Source: Octopus vulgaris
Lineage: Eukaryota
Assembly (NCBI GenBank): GCA_951406725.2
Contig: OX597832.1
Location: forward strand, 56,606,001-56,670,000
Length of the DNA: 64,000 bases
Direction: 5' to 3'
The notes beneath the pieces were generated by a model. It was not told the origin of the DNA. It did not search any database and worked only from the letters and a program-made list of their open reading frames with translations. The position numbers and the translations under genes are program-made. Shown here in pieces: positions 1 to 13,482 of the stretch; positions within the stretch are counted from its first letter, which is position 1; each line of letters starts with the position of its first letter.

Positions 1-96
1 GACAAGTCTTTTTTATTATTTCCCCCCCAAGCTTATCAAAGCCTTGTGAGTGGATTTGGTAGACAGAAACTGGAAGAAGCCCAGTGAGAAAGACAG

Positions 97-508
97 TGAG
101 CTGGCAGAAACGGTACCATGCCGGGCGAAATGCTTAGCGGTATTTCGTCTGCTGCTACGTTGTGAGTTCAAATTCCGCCGAGGTTGACTTTGCCTTTCAT
201 CCTTTCGGGGTTGATTAAATAAGTACCAGTTACGCTCTGGGGTCGATATAATCGACTTAATCCATTTGTCTGTCTTTGTTTGTCCTCTCTGTGTTTAGCC
301 CCTTGTGGGTAGTAAAGAAATAGGTATTTTGTCTGTCTTTATGCTCTGAGTTCAAATTCTGCCGAGGTCGACTTTGCCTTTCATCCTTTCAGGGTCGATA
401 AATTAAGTACCAGTTACGCTCTGGGGTCGATGTAATCAACTTAATCCCTTTGTCTGTCCTTGTTTGTTCCCTCTGTTTAGCCCTTGTGGGCAATAAAGAA
501 ATAAGAAA
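97..508 (+). mobile_element. SINE family B (tRNA-like head), head plus two tandem bodies, inserted in a SINE A
   Basis: gagctggcagaa..gagttcaaattc head and ggtcgactttgcctttcatcctttcggggtcgataaa core. 184-bp internal period. 18-bp TSD agaaa(c/t)tggaagaagccc at 65-82 and 504-521. Confidence 0.85.
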
Positions 509-911
509 TTGGAAGAAGCCCTTTAAGTGTGTGTATGTATACATACATACATATACATATATATATATATATATTATATATATCATCATCGTTTAACGTC
601 TGCTTTCCATGTTGGCATGGGTTGGACAGTTTGACTGAGGGCTGGTGAGCCAGAAGGCTGCACCAGGCTCCAATCTGGTCTGGCATAAAAACTTTTTCAG
701 GGGCCCTTAAAATACTATTATAGATTCCCAGTTTACTATTTTGTGGCATGGACACCCAAAAATTTTATCTGGGCCCTGGTTGGGAACCACTGGTTCTGTA
801 TGTAAGCTGTAGCTTGTAGCATATAGGCTATTGGTGGCAATGTGATAATTACAATACAGGCTTTTGAAGGGTTGTATATATTTAGAGAATTGGTATGAGT
901 GCAGTGGTTAC

Positions 912-1311
912 AATTTCGTCTGCCGCTACATTCTGAGTTCAAATTCCGCCGAGGTCGACTTTGCCTTTCATCCTTTTGGGGTTGATTAAATAAGTACCAG
1001 TTATGCACTGGGCTTGATATAATCGACTTAATCCATTTGTCTGTCCTTGTTTGTCCTCTCTGTGTTTAGCCCCTTGTGGGTAGTAAAGAAATAGGTATTT
1101 CGTCTGACGCTACGTTCTGAGTTCAAATTCCGCCGAGGTCGACTTTGCCTTTCATCCTTTTGGGGTCGGTTAAATAAGTACCAGTTATGCACTGGGCTTG
1201 ATATAATCGACTTAATCCGTTTGTCTGTCCTTGTTTGTCCTCTCTGTGTTTAGCCCCTTGTGGGTAGTAAAGAAATAGGTATTTCGTCTGACGCTACGTT
1301 CTGAGTTCAAA
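912..1311 (+). mobile_element. SINE family B head-less tandem array (about 2.2 units of 184 bp)
   Basis: Near-identical units joined at gtaaagaaatag|gtatttcgtctg (1095, 1279). Confidence 0.85.
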
Positions 1312-1850
1312 TGTTGATGGCAGCTTAATATTGCTGTGAAAACCATTGTCATAGTGTTAGATAACTATATATATATATATATTGCAGTACTGAATATTTT
1401 AGGCATATTTTCTTATTTTATTTAGGAAAAAAAAAAAAAAATGCGTAGGTGGTAAGAATAACATAGTTTTCTAAGATTTTTATGTAAATTCTTTCAAAGC
1501 TGATTTTCTCTTGAAATTACTTTGTTGTGACATTTAAATAATCTTCTATTATTTTATAATCTCTACCATTTTCAGTGCTGAAAATAAAGTGAAAATATAA
1601 AGAAGAAGAAAAAAAATGTGTTTCATATAAAGAGACTTCAGTGATTTTTATCATGGTTTAAAGTTTTACTGTTTTATTGCATCAGAAAAGATTAGAATTT
1701 GTAGTTTTCTGTATTTGGCAACAGAGATACAGGAACATAGGCAATTCCTGTTGGTCTACTACATGAAATGCCTATTGGAATAAGCTAATGTTATTGTCAA
1801 ACCCCAATGAAATAGAAGTCAAAACTTGCTGCCAGATATTCTCAGTTTCC

Positions 1851-2073
1851 TAACCCTTTACCTTTCAGATAACTCAGTGATATTTAATATTTATTTCTTC
1901 AAATTGTTTTGAATTAATCATGTATTATCTTGTAGCTTCGAGATTTTGATGTTGTGATTGTTTATTTTCATCATGACATTGTAGGGTAGGTGTAAGAAGC
2001 CATTTCTCGACAATTTGAACATACAACAGATAGAATATTTAGTCCAGATATGGTTAGTTTAAATGCTAAAGGG
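1851..2073 (+). mobile_element. piggyBac-like MITE, family E
   Basis: Ends taacccttta... and ...atgctaaaggg. Internal atgacattgtagggtaggtgt shared with copies at 8795-9013, 51190-51692 and 51970-52176. Confidence 0.62.
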
Positions 2074-2684
2074 CATATTGGATAATGAAGTCCTAGAGAC
2101 ACCTTTATAAATACAGAGATGTTGCGATGGATTAGGGTCACATTTGGAATTCCTCTGATTGAAGCTCTGATCCATCAAGGTAACCAGGAACCAAATTACA
2201 ACATCTTCAGGAATTTCTATCAAAAATTGCACTAGGGTTGTCTATAAATTTGAATTTCTTGTTTTGGGACTGTTATTGTAATAGTTGAAAGGTGATAAAA
2301 CAATTCATTTGTTAATACCTTCTTGGTGACATCAATATACAGCCATGCCTTGGTGACTTCTCTAAAATATTGGCAGGATTATAACAAACTTTATCTGGAA
2401 ACTCACTTCGAAAATGGTGTTTAGACAATGGTGTGGGAACATTTTTCTAGAGTAAAACTAAGCCATACACACATACATACATACATACATATAGTAAAAG
2501 GACATAGGCACGAAACATCAAAGACTCTTCCATTTTTCCTGAGTGTCAAACTGATACACCATGTTTATTGTCTCTTCACCTGTGTCTTTTTTTTTTTTGG
2601 TATAATTTTGAAACACACACACACACACACACATGTATATACATATACACTTTATTGCGAGTTAACAAGGCAATTCTTTCATGA

Positions 2685-2880
2685 AGGCACTTGGCTTAGT
2701 GGTCAATTCCCAGTGACATGTGTCCTTGAGCAAGACACTTTATTTCCCACTGCTGCAGTCCACTCAGCTGGCAAAAATGAGTGATACCTGTAATTTCAAA
2801 AGGGCCAGCCTTGTCACATTTCTGTTATGCTGAATCTCCCTCAGAACTACATTAAGGGTACACATGTTTGTGGAGTACTC
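2685..2880 (+). mobile_element. SINE family D, body type 2
   Basis: D head and cactcagctg core, then gggccagccttgtcacatt..gctgaatctccctcagaa. Matches 49745-50070 (-). Confidence 0.75.
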
Positions 2881-2921
<41 letters not shown>

Positions 2922-2934
2922 TGATGATGATAAT

Positions 2935-3125
2935 AATTCTTTCTACTCAAGGTACAAGGCCTGAAATTTGGGGGCAGGGGATAGTTGATTAGATTGACTC
3001 CAATAACGTAACAGGATGAAAGGCAAAGTTGACCTCGGAATTTGAACTCAGAACATAGCGATGGACAAAATACCACTAAAGCATTTCGCCCAGCGTGCTA
3101 AGGATTCTGCCAGCTCACCGCCTTA
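2935..3125 (-). mobile_element. SINE family B, variant tail (..aatttcaggccttgtacc..)
   Basis: Family B head and core. Same tail variant at 18915-19080, 21632-22130, 44308-44500 and 60518-61028. Confidence 0.8.
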
Positions 3126-3667
3126 GTAATAATAATGATAATAATAATGATGATGACCATGAAGGTGAAGATGATGAAGATGATGATGATGATGATGATA
3201 ATGATGGTGATGATGATGATGATGAAGATCATGATGTCCTGTCATCATCAGAATGTCATGTTTTATGATCAAACCGCTTCATCATCTACCTTCTTTTAAC
3301 AACTGACATGTGGGATTGAACCTGGAACCACATGGTTGCAAAGCAAGTACCTTAACCACACAGCCATGTCGGCACCCATAAAGACTTTTTTGTTAGAGAT
3401 GTTGGTTGTAACTGTTGCTAATAAAAGAAAACATTAATTAAGATGGATTTTTTTTCTTCTTTCTTGACAGACAGAGATAATTGGAAAATAATTAAAACTA
3501 GATTTTCAGATTTTTAAGTTCTTGGGGATTCACAGATTCATAACAGCTAATTAATAATATTGATTTCTGAAGTTGGTACAAGGATTTTTGGATTTTCTTT
3601 TCTTTCTTTCTTTTTTTTTTTAGAAGAAGGAGCAAAAGAAGACAGAGTCTGTTTAAGGATATTGGTA

Positions 3668-3977
3668 ATCATCATCATCCTCATCATCAACATTGCCGTG
3701 GTGGTAGTGGTCGTTGTTATCATCATCATCATCATCATCATCAGCATCATCAACATCAGCATTGTGGTTCTTGTGGTGATGGTCATTGCTGTCATCATCA
3801 TCATCATCATCACCAGTGTCTTCATCATCGTTATTGTCGTTATCATCATCAGCATCATCATCATTGTCATCATCGTGTTCATTGTCATCATCATCATCAT
3901 CATCACCAGTGTCTTCATCATCGTTATTGTCGTTATCATCATCAGCATCATCATCATTGTCATCATCGTGTTCATTG

Positions 3978-4010
<33 letters not shown>

Positions 4011-4030
4011 CTATCATCATCATCATCATT
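3668..4030. repeat. (ATC)n compound microsatellite with an internal block duplication
   Basis: catcaccagtgtcttcatcatcgttattgtcg occurs twice. Confidence 0.9.
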
Positions 4031-5457
4031 TAAAGATGTAGGAAATGGAAGTGACACAGCCAGCAATTTGAAGAAGGTTAAGAACTCACACAAGTTGTAT
4101 TTATGTGGTTTACTTGATCAGCTAGAAAGAGCCACTAAATCTCTCTCAAACAAGTCCCCTACCACCTTCGGGCCAACAACAGAGCCTCTATATTGTTCGT
4201 CACCTGCTCAAAATAGCAGCGAAATCTCTCCCAAATAAAACTCTGCCCATCTTTGGGCCAAAAATGGGACTGCTGTATACTTGGTCATCTGCTTGAAATA
4301 CTCGCCTAAGCTCCCTCAGATAAAGCCCAGCCATTCTTGAGTCTATAAAAGAACCTCTAAAACAGTTCATGTTTTAGAAATGTTAGAGCTTCGGATAAAA
4401 TGCATTGTGGATCTTTACATTTTTTCTGGGTCTTGACACTCTGAGCTCAAATCCTGCTGGGGTCAAATACAGCCTTTTATCCTACTTCAACATTTAAATT
4501 TGATTTGTCGAAATATTTCCGTCGCTTTGAGACCGTAACCTGTTCACTGACGAAATTCCATGCTGCATCTCAGATCAGCTTACTTGCTATGCAAGTACAT
4601 CTCTGTAATTCCTAATAATTACTCAATTATAAAAATACAATAGAATTTTTTAAACATCCACAGGCTGTAGGGGTTCCGCAGAGTAAAACAGGAATCAAAA
4701 GGGGTCCATGGGTAAAACCTGGTTTGCAAGATTCTTTATGTGAATTTGTGTGTTGAAGTAAATTTTGTTGTAATACCTTATTATCTAACTCACTCACTGC
4801 TTCAATTTCCATCCATTTATTATTTATAATTTCTTTCTTCCAAAATGTTCGTTCCTTTTGCAACCTTGTTGACTCTGCCCATTATTCTAACTCTTTGGAA
4901 AGAAAGAAATATAAATAATAAATGAGGGGAAATCGAACCTGTGTGTGTGTTAGATAAGAAGGCATTAAAACAGTAGGAGTCCCCAGATGCAACTGTATTA
5001 ACTGATAAAGTAAAATTAAACAATTTTTTTATATTTTGTATCTGAAATTACCAAACAAAAATTCACTGCAACCTTCACCATAAGTTTGACGTGGAACTTA
5101 ACTATTTCAAGAGTTACCTGTGTGTGATGATTAGACATATTACAACTCCTGTTTTGGTTCTTGATTTACGTAACCTGCACAGCTACATGTCACTGATTGA
5201 TCTAATTAAAAACGAAACAAAGAGACATATCATCATACGTGATGAACATGGACTAAAGAAAAGGAAAAAATGCTTTTTCTTGTTTTTCTTCATCAATGTT
5301 CTGCTGGAATCATGACTTGGTTGTTCTTCACCAGACACGAGATCATCTCATGTCATGACATACCTTTGCCTACTTTCCGCACACTTTGTTATACGTTGCA
5401 GGTGGCAAGGTGTCTTAATCACTGTTGTTTGTCACATACAAATACAATTATCATGTA

Positions 5458-5638
5458 TTGTGTGTGGTAAGTAGCTTGCTTACAAACCACATGGTTCTGG
5501 GTTCAGTCCTACTGCGTAGCAACTTGGGCAAGTGTCTTCTACTATAGCCTCGCGCCGACCAAAGCCTTGTGAGTGGATTTGGTAGACGGAAACTAAAAGA
5601 AGCCCATCGTATATATGTATAATGTATATGTATGTATG

Positions 5639-5682
<44 letters not shown>

Positions 5683-6110
5683 TTTGTGTTTGTCACCCCA
5701 CCATCACTTGACAACCAATGCTGGTGTGTTTACATCCCTGTAACTTAGCGGTTTGGCAAAAGAGACCTATTTGTTTACTACCCACAAGAGGCTAAACACA
5801 GAGAGGACAAACAGATTAAGTTGATTACATCAACCCCAGTGTGTAACTGGTACTTAATTTATCGACCCCGAAAGGATGAAAGGCAAATTCGACCTCGGCG
5901 GAATTTGAACTCAGAACGTAACGGCAGATGAAATACGGCTACGCATTTCGCCCGGCGTGCTAACAATTCTGCCAGTTCAGCAAAAGAGACCGATAGAATA
6001 AGTACTAGGCTTACAAAGAATAAGTCCTGGGGTCAATTTGCTCGACTAAAGGTGGTGCTCCAGCATGACAGTAGTCAAATGACTGAAACAAGTAAAAGAG
6101 TAAAGGAGTA
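5458..6110 (+). mobile_element. SINE family A (tRNA head, CORE-like cttgggcaagt, internal microsatellite) with nested SINE B (5768-5979, minus)
   Basis: tgtgtggtaagtagcttgct..gggttcagtcc head and ggtgctccagcatg..gtcaaatgactgaaacaagtaaaaga tail. Nested B flanked by TSD gcaaaagagacc at 5756-5767 and 5980-5991. Confidence 0.88.
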
Positions 6111-8287
6111 TGTGATCATATTTATATAGAACACAACTGACAGTCGTAATGGCACGGAACGATTTTTACCAAAAATGATGTCAAACTCAGTTTTATGATT
6201 TTACAGACTTTGGAAAACTGATGGATGGTACTGTTACAAGGTTTGTTTGTATGTGTTATCGTGGAATCTACAATGTTGAATTACGGCATTTCATCACTCA
6301 CGCTTATTAAAGACAATCTTCCACAAAGTTCACACACAGCACCATACCGAAATCTAGGAGTGCTATGGCATTCTATTAAGCTACAGAGCTAAAATTTTGT
6401 GTATTAGATAAACCAAACACAGTTATGTGTGTGTGTGTGTGTGTGCGTGTTTACTTGACTTGGTTAAATAATCTGTTTTCTTTGATTAAAATTCAATGTT
6501 TAATAAACTCCACAGCATATTAGAAAGACATTGGAATTATTGATTGGGTCCTAAGACAAAGAAGAATTGATTTATTCCACCCTGAATCTTATTTCATGGC
6601 CATATATATATATATAAATAGATCAATATTTCCAATATCATTAAATGATCAATATTTTCAATTTTTTCTCTCATTAAATGCCGGTGTTATTTAAAAAGGT
6701 TGAACGGATGAATGGAAACCTATATTTTGCAGAGAGCTTGTAATGTGGGGCAGTCCTCTTATGAACCGTTAACTGAAGATCACAATGATTTTGTTACTCT
6801 CTGATAGTTATTGCTCTCTCTCTCTCTCCACTGCTTTTACACCCAGGGAAATGTCTGGGTATATTTAGCCCCCACCCACCACTGCAACATGCTTTTTTTC
6901 TCTCCACTATCCTTGCAGCCACCACATCAAACCAATCACAGCTGTAACCACTGCAGACATACAGCAACTATTTTTAGTTCTCACAGAGAATTCATTCTCT
7001 GATCTGATCTTTGGATTGTCTCTCTTGCATGTGTCTGCCACATCTTTGGTGAAGTATTTTCTGCTTCCCATTCCAGTGCAGAAATCAATGCTCTGCTGAT
7101 TTTCTTCTGTCTGATGCTGACCAAAGAGAACACTGTAGATGTAGCTACATGCCCACAACATCTCACCCCCACTGGATTCACCATTCATTGCTGTTCTCAA
7201 GCCAAATGCAACTCCCCAAGTCTTTCCCTCTCAAGTTCAGAAATCAATGCTCTGCTGGCCTTCTTCTGTCTGATGCCATTGTGGATCTAGTTACAGACCT
7301 TATGACATCCCACCTCTACTGGAAGCACCATATACTCTCATTTTCCTTCTCACATATTTCCCTAAACCCTTCCCATTATAGACTCTTCAGTTTTATGAGC
7401 CAACTTCATGTTACCTCCACAGGCTACAATTAATTCAACGATCAGAACTTGTGCCATGTAAAAAACATCTCTGCTGGTGCCTTCTATAGAGCACTCATGT
7501 TGGCACCATGTAAACTGCACCTTTGTTGGTGCCATGTAAAAATGCACTCATGTTGGGTTCATGAAAAAAAGCACCCAGAATATTCTGTAAAGTGGTTGGC
7601 ATTAGGAAGGACATCCAGCTGTAAAAACGCTTTGTCAGGTCAGTTTTGTTAGAACACAAGCACTTCCATTTAACTCTACCAACATCTTCCAGTCATTAGA
7701 GCCAGACAAAAGTCTGGGTCATAGCTACTCTTTCCTTATGACCCTGTAGTTATCCTTTTCTGCCTTCAATGTAGAAAACTATAAGGTGTAACTTAGTGTT
7801 GGATCTCATTGTATTATTGCTGTGGCATTGATGTTGTTGCACAGATGTTTTCTCTGCATCAGTAAGGATACTGAAGACTTTTTCTGAGCTACCAGAAATA
7901 TTCTGTAAAAGATGACCTGCAATGCTGTCAAACCATGTACCAAAAGCTGTCAACAGTCTCACTCCAGTCTCATCATCTTATATATGGATGGAACCACATT
8001 AACTGTGAAGTAGGCAATTCAATTGATCAAATAACTGAATTGTCATACATTTTTGAATTCATTGGTTACTTCAAGATGTTTCCACAAAGTAGAATTTACT
8101 TGGAAATGGTAATTACTCTGGATGTAAATAAACACTAAGAACAATATTTCTCTTTAATCTCAAACTATCAATGTTCTATAAAGAAAAGAAAAAAATCCAC
8201 GAATTTCCTTGGTATTGTAATAAATTTCATCTTTAATTTTAATGAACTATCTCATTTTGTAATATGTCTAATAATTACAGATTATAG

Positions 8288-8330
8288 CATGCTGAAGAGT
8301 TCTAAAAAGAATGAAATAGTACTATACACG
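8288..8330 (+). ncRNA. Type I hammerhead-like motif with palindromic stem III
   Basis: CAUG-CUGAAGA-GUUC[UAAAAA]GAAU-GAA-AUAGUACUAU-A-CACG. Both core boxes intact, 10-nt palindrome in stem III, AUA triplet, 3 of 4 stem I pairs. Confidence 0.6.
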
Positions 8331-8394
8331 ACTACTACCAATCAGAAATTGTAAGAACTTCATAAGAAGTACACACAAAAAAAAAAAAAATCAA

Positions 8395-8790
8395 ACATGG
8401 CATGACTGTGTGGTAAGTAGCTTCCTTACCAGCCACTTGGCTCTGGGTTCAAACCTACTGTGTGGTACCTTGGGCAAGTGTCTTCTACTATAGCCTCAGG
8501 CCAACCAAAGCCTTGTGAGTGGATTTGGTAGATGGAAACTGAAAGAAGCCCGTCGTATATATGTATGTATATATGTATGTGTGTCTGTGTTTGTCCCCCA
8601 ACATCACTTGACAATCAATGCTGGTGTGTTTACGTTCCTGTAACTTAGTGGTTCGGCAAAAGAGACCAATGGAATAAGTACAAGGCTTACAAAGAATGAG
8701 TCCTGGGGTCGATTTGCTTGACTAAAGGCGGTGTTCTAGCATGGCCACAATCAAAAGACTGAACAAGTAAAAGAATAAAAGAGTAAAAGA
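8395..8790 (+). mobile_element. SINE family A, full length
   Basis: Colinear with 5458-6110; (aaaagagt)n tail. Confidence 0.88.
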
Positions 8791-8794
8791 GATA

Positions 8795-9013
8795 CAGATT
8801 ATTCTGTCAAATGTAATACTTATTGATTCTCATTTGTTTTGAATCACTTGTGCACTATGTTGTAGCTTTGAAATTTCAATGATGTGATTGCATATTTTTA
8901 GAATGACATTGTAGGGTAGGAGTGAGAGGCCAGATTTTGACAGTTTGGTTATAAAACAGGTACAGATAGAATATTTGGGTTGGATATGGCTGGTTTGAAT
9001 GCTAAAAGGTTAA
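8795..9013 (+). mobile_element. piggyBac-like MITE, family E
   Basis: Homologous to 1851-2073; ends gaatgctaaaaggTTAA. Confidence 0.62.
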
Positions 9014-9535
9014 ACTGATTTAAATTAAAACCGTCCATCAAAATTCCATGTTAATTCATGTTCTAAACACCAGCTTAATAATGACGATGTTGTTTTACCA
9101 TATTCTTCAGGATTTTCAAAATTAATTGAAAGAAAAGCAGAGTATTTTAATTGAAATATGCTAACAAGAGTGAGGAAATTGATCCAAACTCCAGCTTTCC
9201 ACCAAAACTTCATGGTAATTTATGTTCTGAACTCTGGTTTAATAACGACAAAGATATTTTACTAAATTCATCACGATTTTCAAAAGAAGCTGAAACAAAG
9301 TATTATACAGTTGCGGCCAAATCACTAAATCATCCATAACTTTTGTATTATCCTCTCAAATCACACCAAAATCTCAGATAATAACAAATAATATCGTATT
9401 TATTGTCTGTGAAAATCATAGAATATAAAACAACTTTGATAAATTATACCTACTTTTTGGACGAAAACAATGCCATTCTGAACATTTTGGCCGCAACTGT
9501 AGTTCAACAGAAATATGGAAGCCCAAAGGGGTTAA
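9014..9535 (+). mobile_element. Two adjacent copies of non-autonomous DNA element family F (piggyBac-like end); the second is split by the Tc1 MITE
   Basis: catcaaaattccatgttaattcatgttctaaacaccagcttaataatgac is repeated in degenerate form; ends aaaggggTTAA near 9535. Confidence 0.55.
9308..9499. mobile_element. Tc1/mariner-type MITE (192 bp)
   Basis: Perfect 14-bp TIRs CAGTTGCGGCCAAA / TTTGGCCGCAACTG with TA TSD at 9306-9307 and 9500-9501. Nested in a family F MITE. Confidence 0.85.
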
Positions 9536-9559
9536 ATAATAACTGAACGCAACATTGAA

Positions 9560-10614
9560 ATCAATTTTATATTTTTTTTTTACTGCTTTCATAATACATT
9601 ATAAAATTGGTTAACAAATTATATGAAGTTGTAGAAATGGTTCATTCAATTCCGATGTACAAATTATATATTTATAATTATTGTAGAAAGGTTCCATCAC
9701 ATTCAGGCATAGAAAAGAAAAAAAAAAAAAAGAAAAAGAAAAAGAGGAAGAAGGGATATGAAAATTATGGTTTTAACAAAATGTTTTTTTTTTTATAAAA
9801 TTTTCATCTTTAATATATGTAGATGAAAGTGGGAAATAAACAAAATTAATGAAAATAAAAATAATTTTTATAATACAATGATGTATTCAACTGCTTAATT
9901 GTTTCTGCAAACTACTTCATTTTGATTTGAAACCTGCACAAATTAATTGTCAATAACTGTTTTCTTTTTTTTAAAATTTTATTTTAATATATCGACAGAG
10001 TAAAATCTCATGCCTCACAAAGGAACAGATCCCTGCATTAGGGGACATCGAAATTTATCTACCTGGAGCTACAACAGTTTGTAATGAGAAAACTACTACC
10101 ATAGACAGTAAACAGTACTGTCTTTTACTAGAAACGGTAAATGTTGGCGGCATATAGTAATGGATAAATTACCGAATTAGATAGTCTTTTCATGTTCTAT
10201 TTTAGACAAGCTAAACATAATTCTGAAAAAATATCACCTTCACTATGAGATTTTGAAAAAATAGGGTATCATGGCGACATTGTCATCAAAAGAGGACATT
10301 TAAAAATCAGAAGAAGATTGTGGTTCACAACGTAACTTCAGTTCTTTTATTTTGGTTCACTTTATATATATTTTTTTGTTCATTTTACTAAATGAGTCAC
10401 AACAGAACTGAAGAAGAAAAAGATTCTTTTAGGATTTTGTGTTTCTTTTTTTGTTGAAAAATATAAAGAAATTGAATAAATTTTTAGGTAAATGTTTCGA
10501 AAAAAAAAAGTCATCTTTTTTTCTTAAGGAAGAATGATCATGGAATCACAACCAGAATTTTAAAGATCACTAAGATTGGGGTACAGGAAAAGAAAGACTT
10601 AACTATATTATATA

Positions 10615-10693
<79 letters not shown>

Positions 10694-11842
10694 AAGTATA
10701 TATATATATATATACTTACATGTATGTGTGTATATGTATGTATGTATGTGTGTGTGTATGCATATATATATACACATACACATACATGAACTATTCATTT
10801 TAAAGGTTATAGAAAGAGATTCTTTTCAGATAAACTTTAAGTGGAAACTTCGAGAATGTGAAGTGTTTCTAAAATTGTATAAAATAGTAAATCTGATAAA
10901 ATATTTGAAAGAAGAGGGGAAATATATATATATATAAAAAAAAGGATAAATAAAAAAAAACAAAAAACAAACCCACCCACCCACTCTCCCCCCAACAAAA
11001 TCTCATTTGACTAATGATGGTTTTATCATACGACTTCTACTTTTCAAGCTAAAATGGAATCAATTCTTCTCAATTTATTTTCAGTGTTTTCTTGGATTTT
11101 TAAAAGATATCATCAATGCTTATGTTTTACTCTCTTTTTCGTTCAGTCTACTTTCCGGTAAATAAAACACTCTGATTCTCCCATCACAAACACACACACA
11201 CACACAGACACACACACACACACTTATATACACAACACATACTATAATTTTGGAGTTTTAAATGTTAACCTCTCACATTGAGGGGAAATTAATGGTTGAA
11301 CTTTTCAAAACTGTTTTGTCTTTGAGTACCATGTAATTACTTTCCATTATAGTAGCAATTCTGGAAGTTATTACCAACACACGGTACATCTGTGAGCCAT
11401 TTATAATGAGTAGAGTTTGCCACCTTATGATTTTACAGACAATGTGACTATACAGGCAATGTGTTGCACAGTATAGAGTTTATCGCTTTGTAGAGTGTGA
11501 TTGCCCTAAGAGAATATCACCTTATGCACTTTGTAAACATTGTGACTTCATAGAGAATATGTATGTCAACTTGATGGAGTGTATGCCACCATTTAAAGTT
11601 TTCTGTCACCTTATAGTACATGTGTTACCTTAAACATTGTGATACCTAGCAGGCTGGCTATCACAAAGATAACACGTTTTATTTATGATTTCTCTAAAAG
11701 TATGTAGAACTTAGATTTCAAAGTAGAATATCGGTAAACACACACAGAGAGAGAAAAACAAAGAAATATGTTAAGGTGGATGCCCTATAATAATAATAAT
11801 AATAATAATGATAATAATAATAATAATAATAATAATAATATG

Positions 11843-11873
<31 letters not shown>

Positions 11874-12039
11874 GAATAATAATAATAATTATTATTATTT
11901 TTATTATGTACACAAAGTAAGACAAAAGTCTCTTATGAAGTAAATATTTTTTTAACAGAATAAAGGAATGAAATTAAAACACTATAATTTTCTCAGAAGC
12001 TGGTTCCATTATTAAAGAAAACTATAAAATTGGATTTAC

Positions 12040-12075
<36 letters not shown>

Positions 12076-12338
12076 ATGCGTGCGTGTGTGTGTGTGAATA
12101 CATATTTATAAATATATAATCATAAAATCATAAAAGATATTGTTTGATTAATTGGTTTTGTTGTGATAACAACCAATAGAATCAATAAATTATAAACCAT
12201 TTTTCACAGAATTTCAAGAGAAATTACAGATATTTTCATTTAAATTTGGCAAAAAAAAAGATATAAAGAAAAATATGCATTGGCATCTATGAATATACAG
12301 TATATTTTTTGGAGCGGGGAGGAAGGTGTAAACGTTTT

Positions 12339-12374
<36 letters not shown>

Positions 12375-12444
12375 TGCGTGTGCGTGCGTATGTGTCTGTG
12401 TGTGTGTATATATATGTGTGTATATATATATATATTTTTTTCAA

Positions 12445-12483
<39 letters not shown>

Positions 12484-12868
12484 TATATATAAATATATAT
12501 ATATACATGCATTTATGTATATACGTGCATATATATATATATATCTTTATGTGTACACATACACACACACACACAACCTTCAGGAATCAATCTTTCTTTA
12601 CAAATAAAATTTGAATTTTCCTTTATTTTTGTTGTGCTTTTTTCTTCAGAAAATTTTTGTTTTTTACTGTAATGTTCTCCTTCTAGAAGCGAAATTATAT
12701 TTAATTATTATTATCATTATAATCATCATCATCATCATCATTATTATTATTGTTATATATCTTTTATATTATGTTATTTTTTCCAATATAAGGGAAGAAC
12801 TGTTAATATCATTATTGAAAGTTTATATAATCTGCTTCTGTCATAATAATAATAATGATAACAATACA

Positions 12869-12912
<44 letters not shown>

Positions 12913-13442
12913 ATGTTGTTTGTTCAGTGATAGAAATCTTGTGTCACCTTGTTGTTTCCAATTCTATCTCTATTACAAACACATGCTGAAAACCCATCTG
13001 GAATCGCAGTTCTGTATTCTTGTGTGTGTGTGTGTGTGTGTGTATCTATGTATGAATGTGAGAGAAAGAGAGAGAATATGTATTTATGTGTGTTTACATT
13101 TCACAGAAATATTTATGTTTGAATGTGGATTTCTGTACATGTGTCCAAACATGTGTGTGTGTGTGTGTGTGTGTGTTTGTGTGTGCATTCATTTTCATGT
13201 GTTCGTACTGCGTATATGCATGTGTATATATTTGCAATAAAAAACGGAAAATTTCTAAAGTGGAATCGTACACGACTAAAGAAACATTTTCCTGTTGATT
13301 TTTTTTTGTTTTTTGTTATTCTCTTAAAGTTTCCGTAGTGAATTCAATAACAAATCTGATTTTGCTTCAGATGCAATATATAAGTATGTGTGTGTGCTTG
13401 GGTGTGTATGTATGGATGGATGTATGTGTGCATGTATGTAAG

Positions 13443-13482
<40 letters not shown>

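Noticed and set aside
695-793. hAT-like terminal ggttgggaaccactg, with related remnants near 4660-4720 and 18790-19430
   Set aside because: Matching opposite TIR and 8-bp TSD not identifiable by eye.
3547-4238. Long poly-Met/Ile/Asp/Ser ORFs, and similar ORFs at 26501-27129, 33574-34224 and 61738-62100
   Set aside because: Translations of trinucleotide microsatellites that are open in several frames; no splice or domain evidence.
7640-7970. Possible old RTE reverse-transcriptase remnant on the minus strand (ETVDSF..., TKLHL), and a CR1/L2-like 3' remnant at 40660-40900
   Set aside because: Only short motif echoes with frameshifts; needs a TBLASTN/HMM hit to support.
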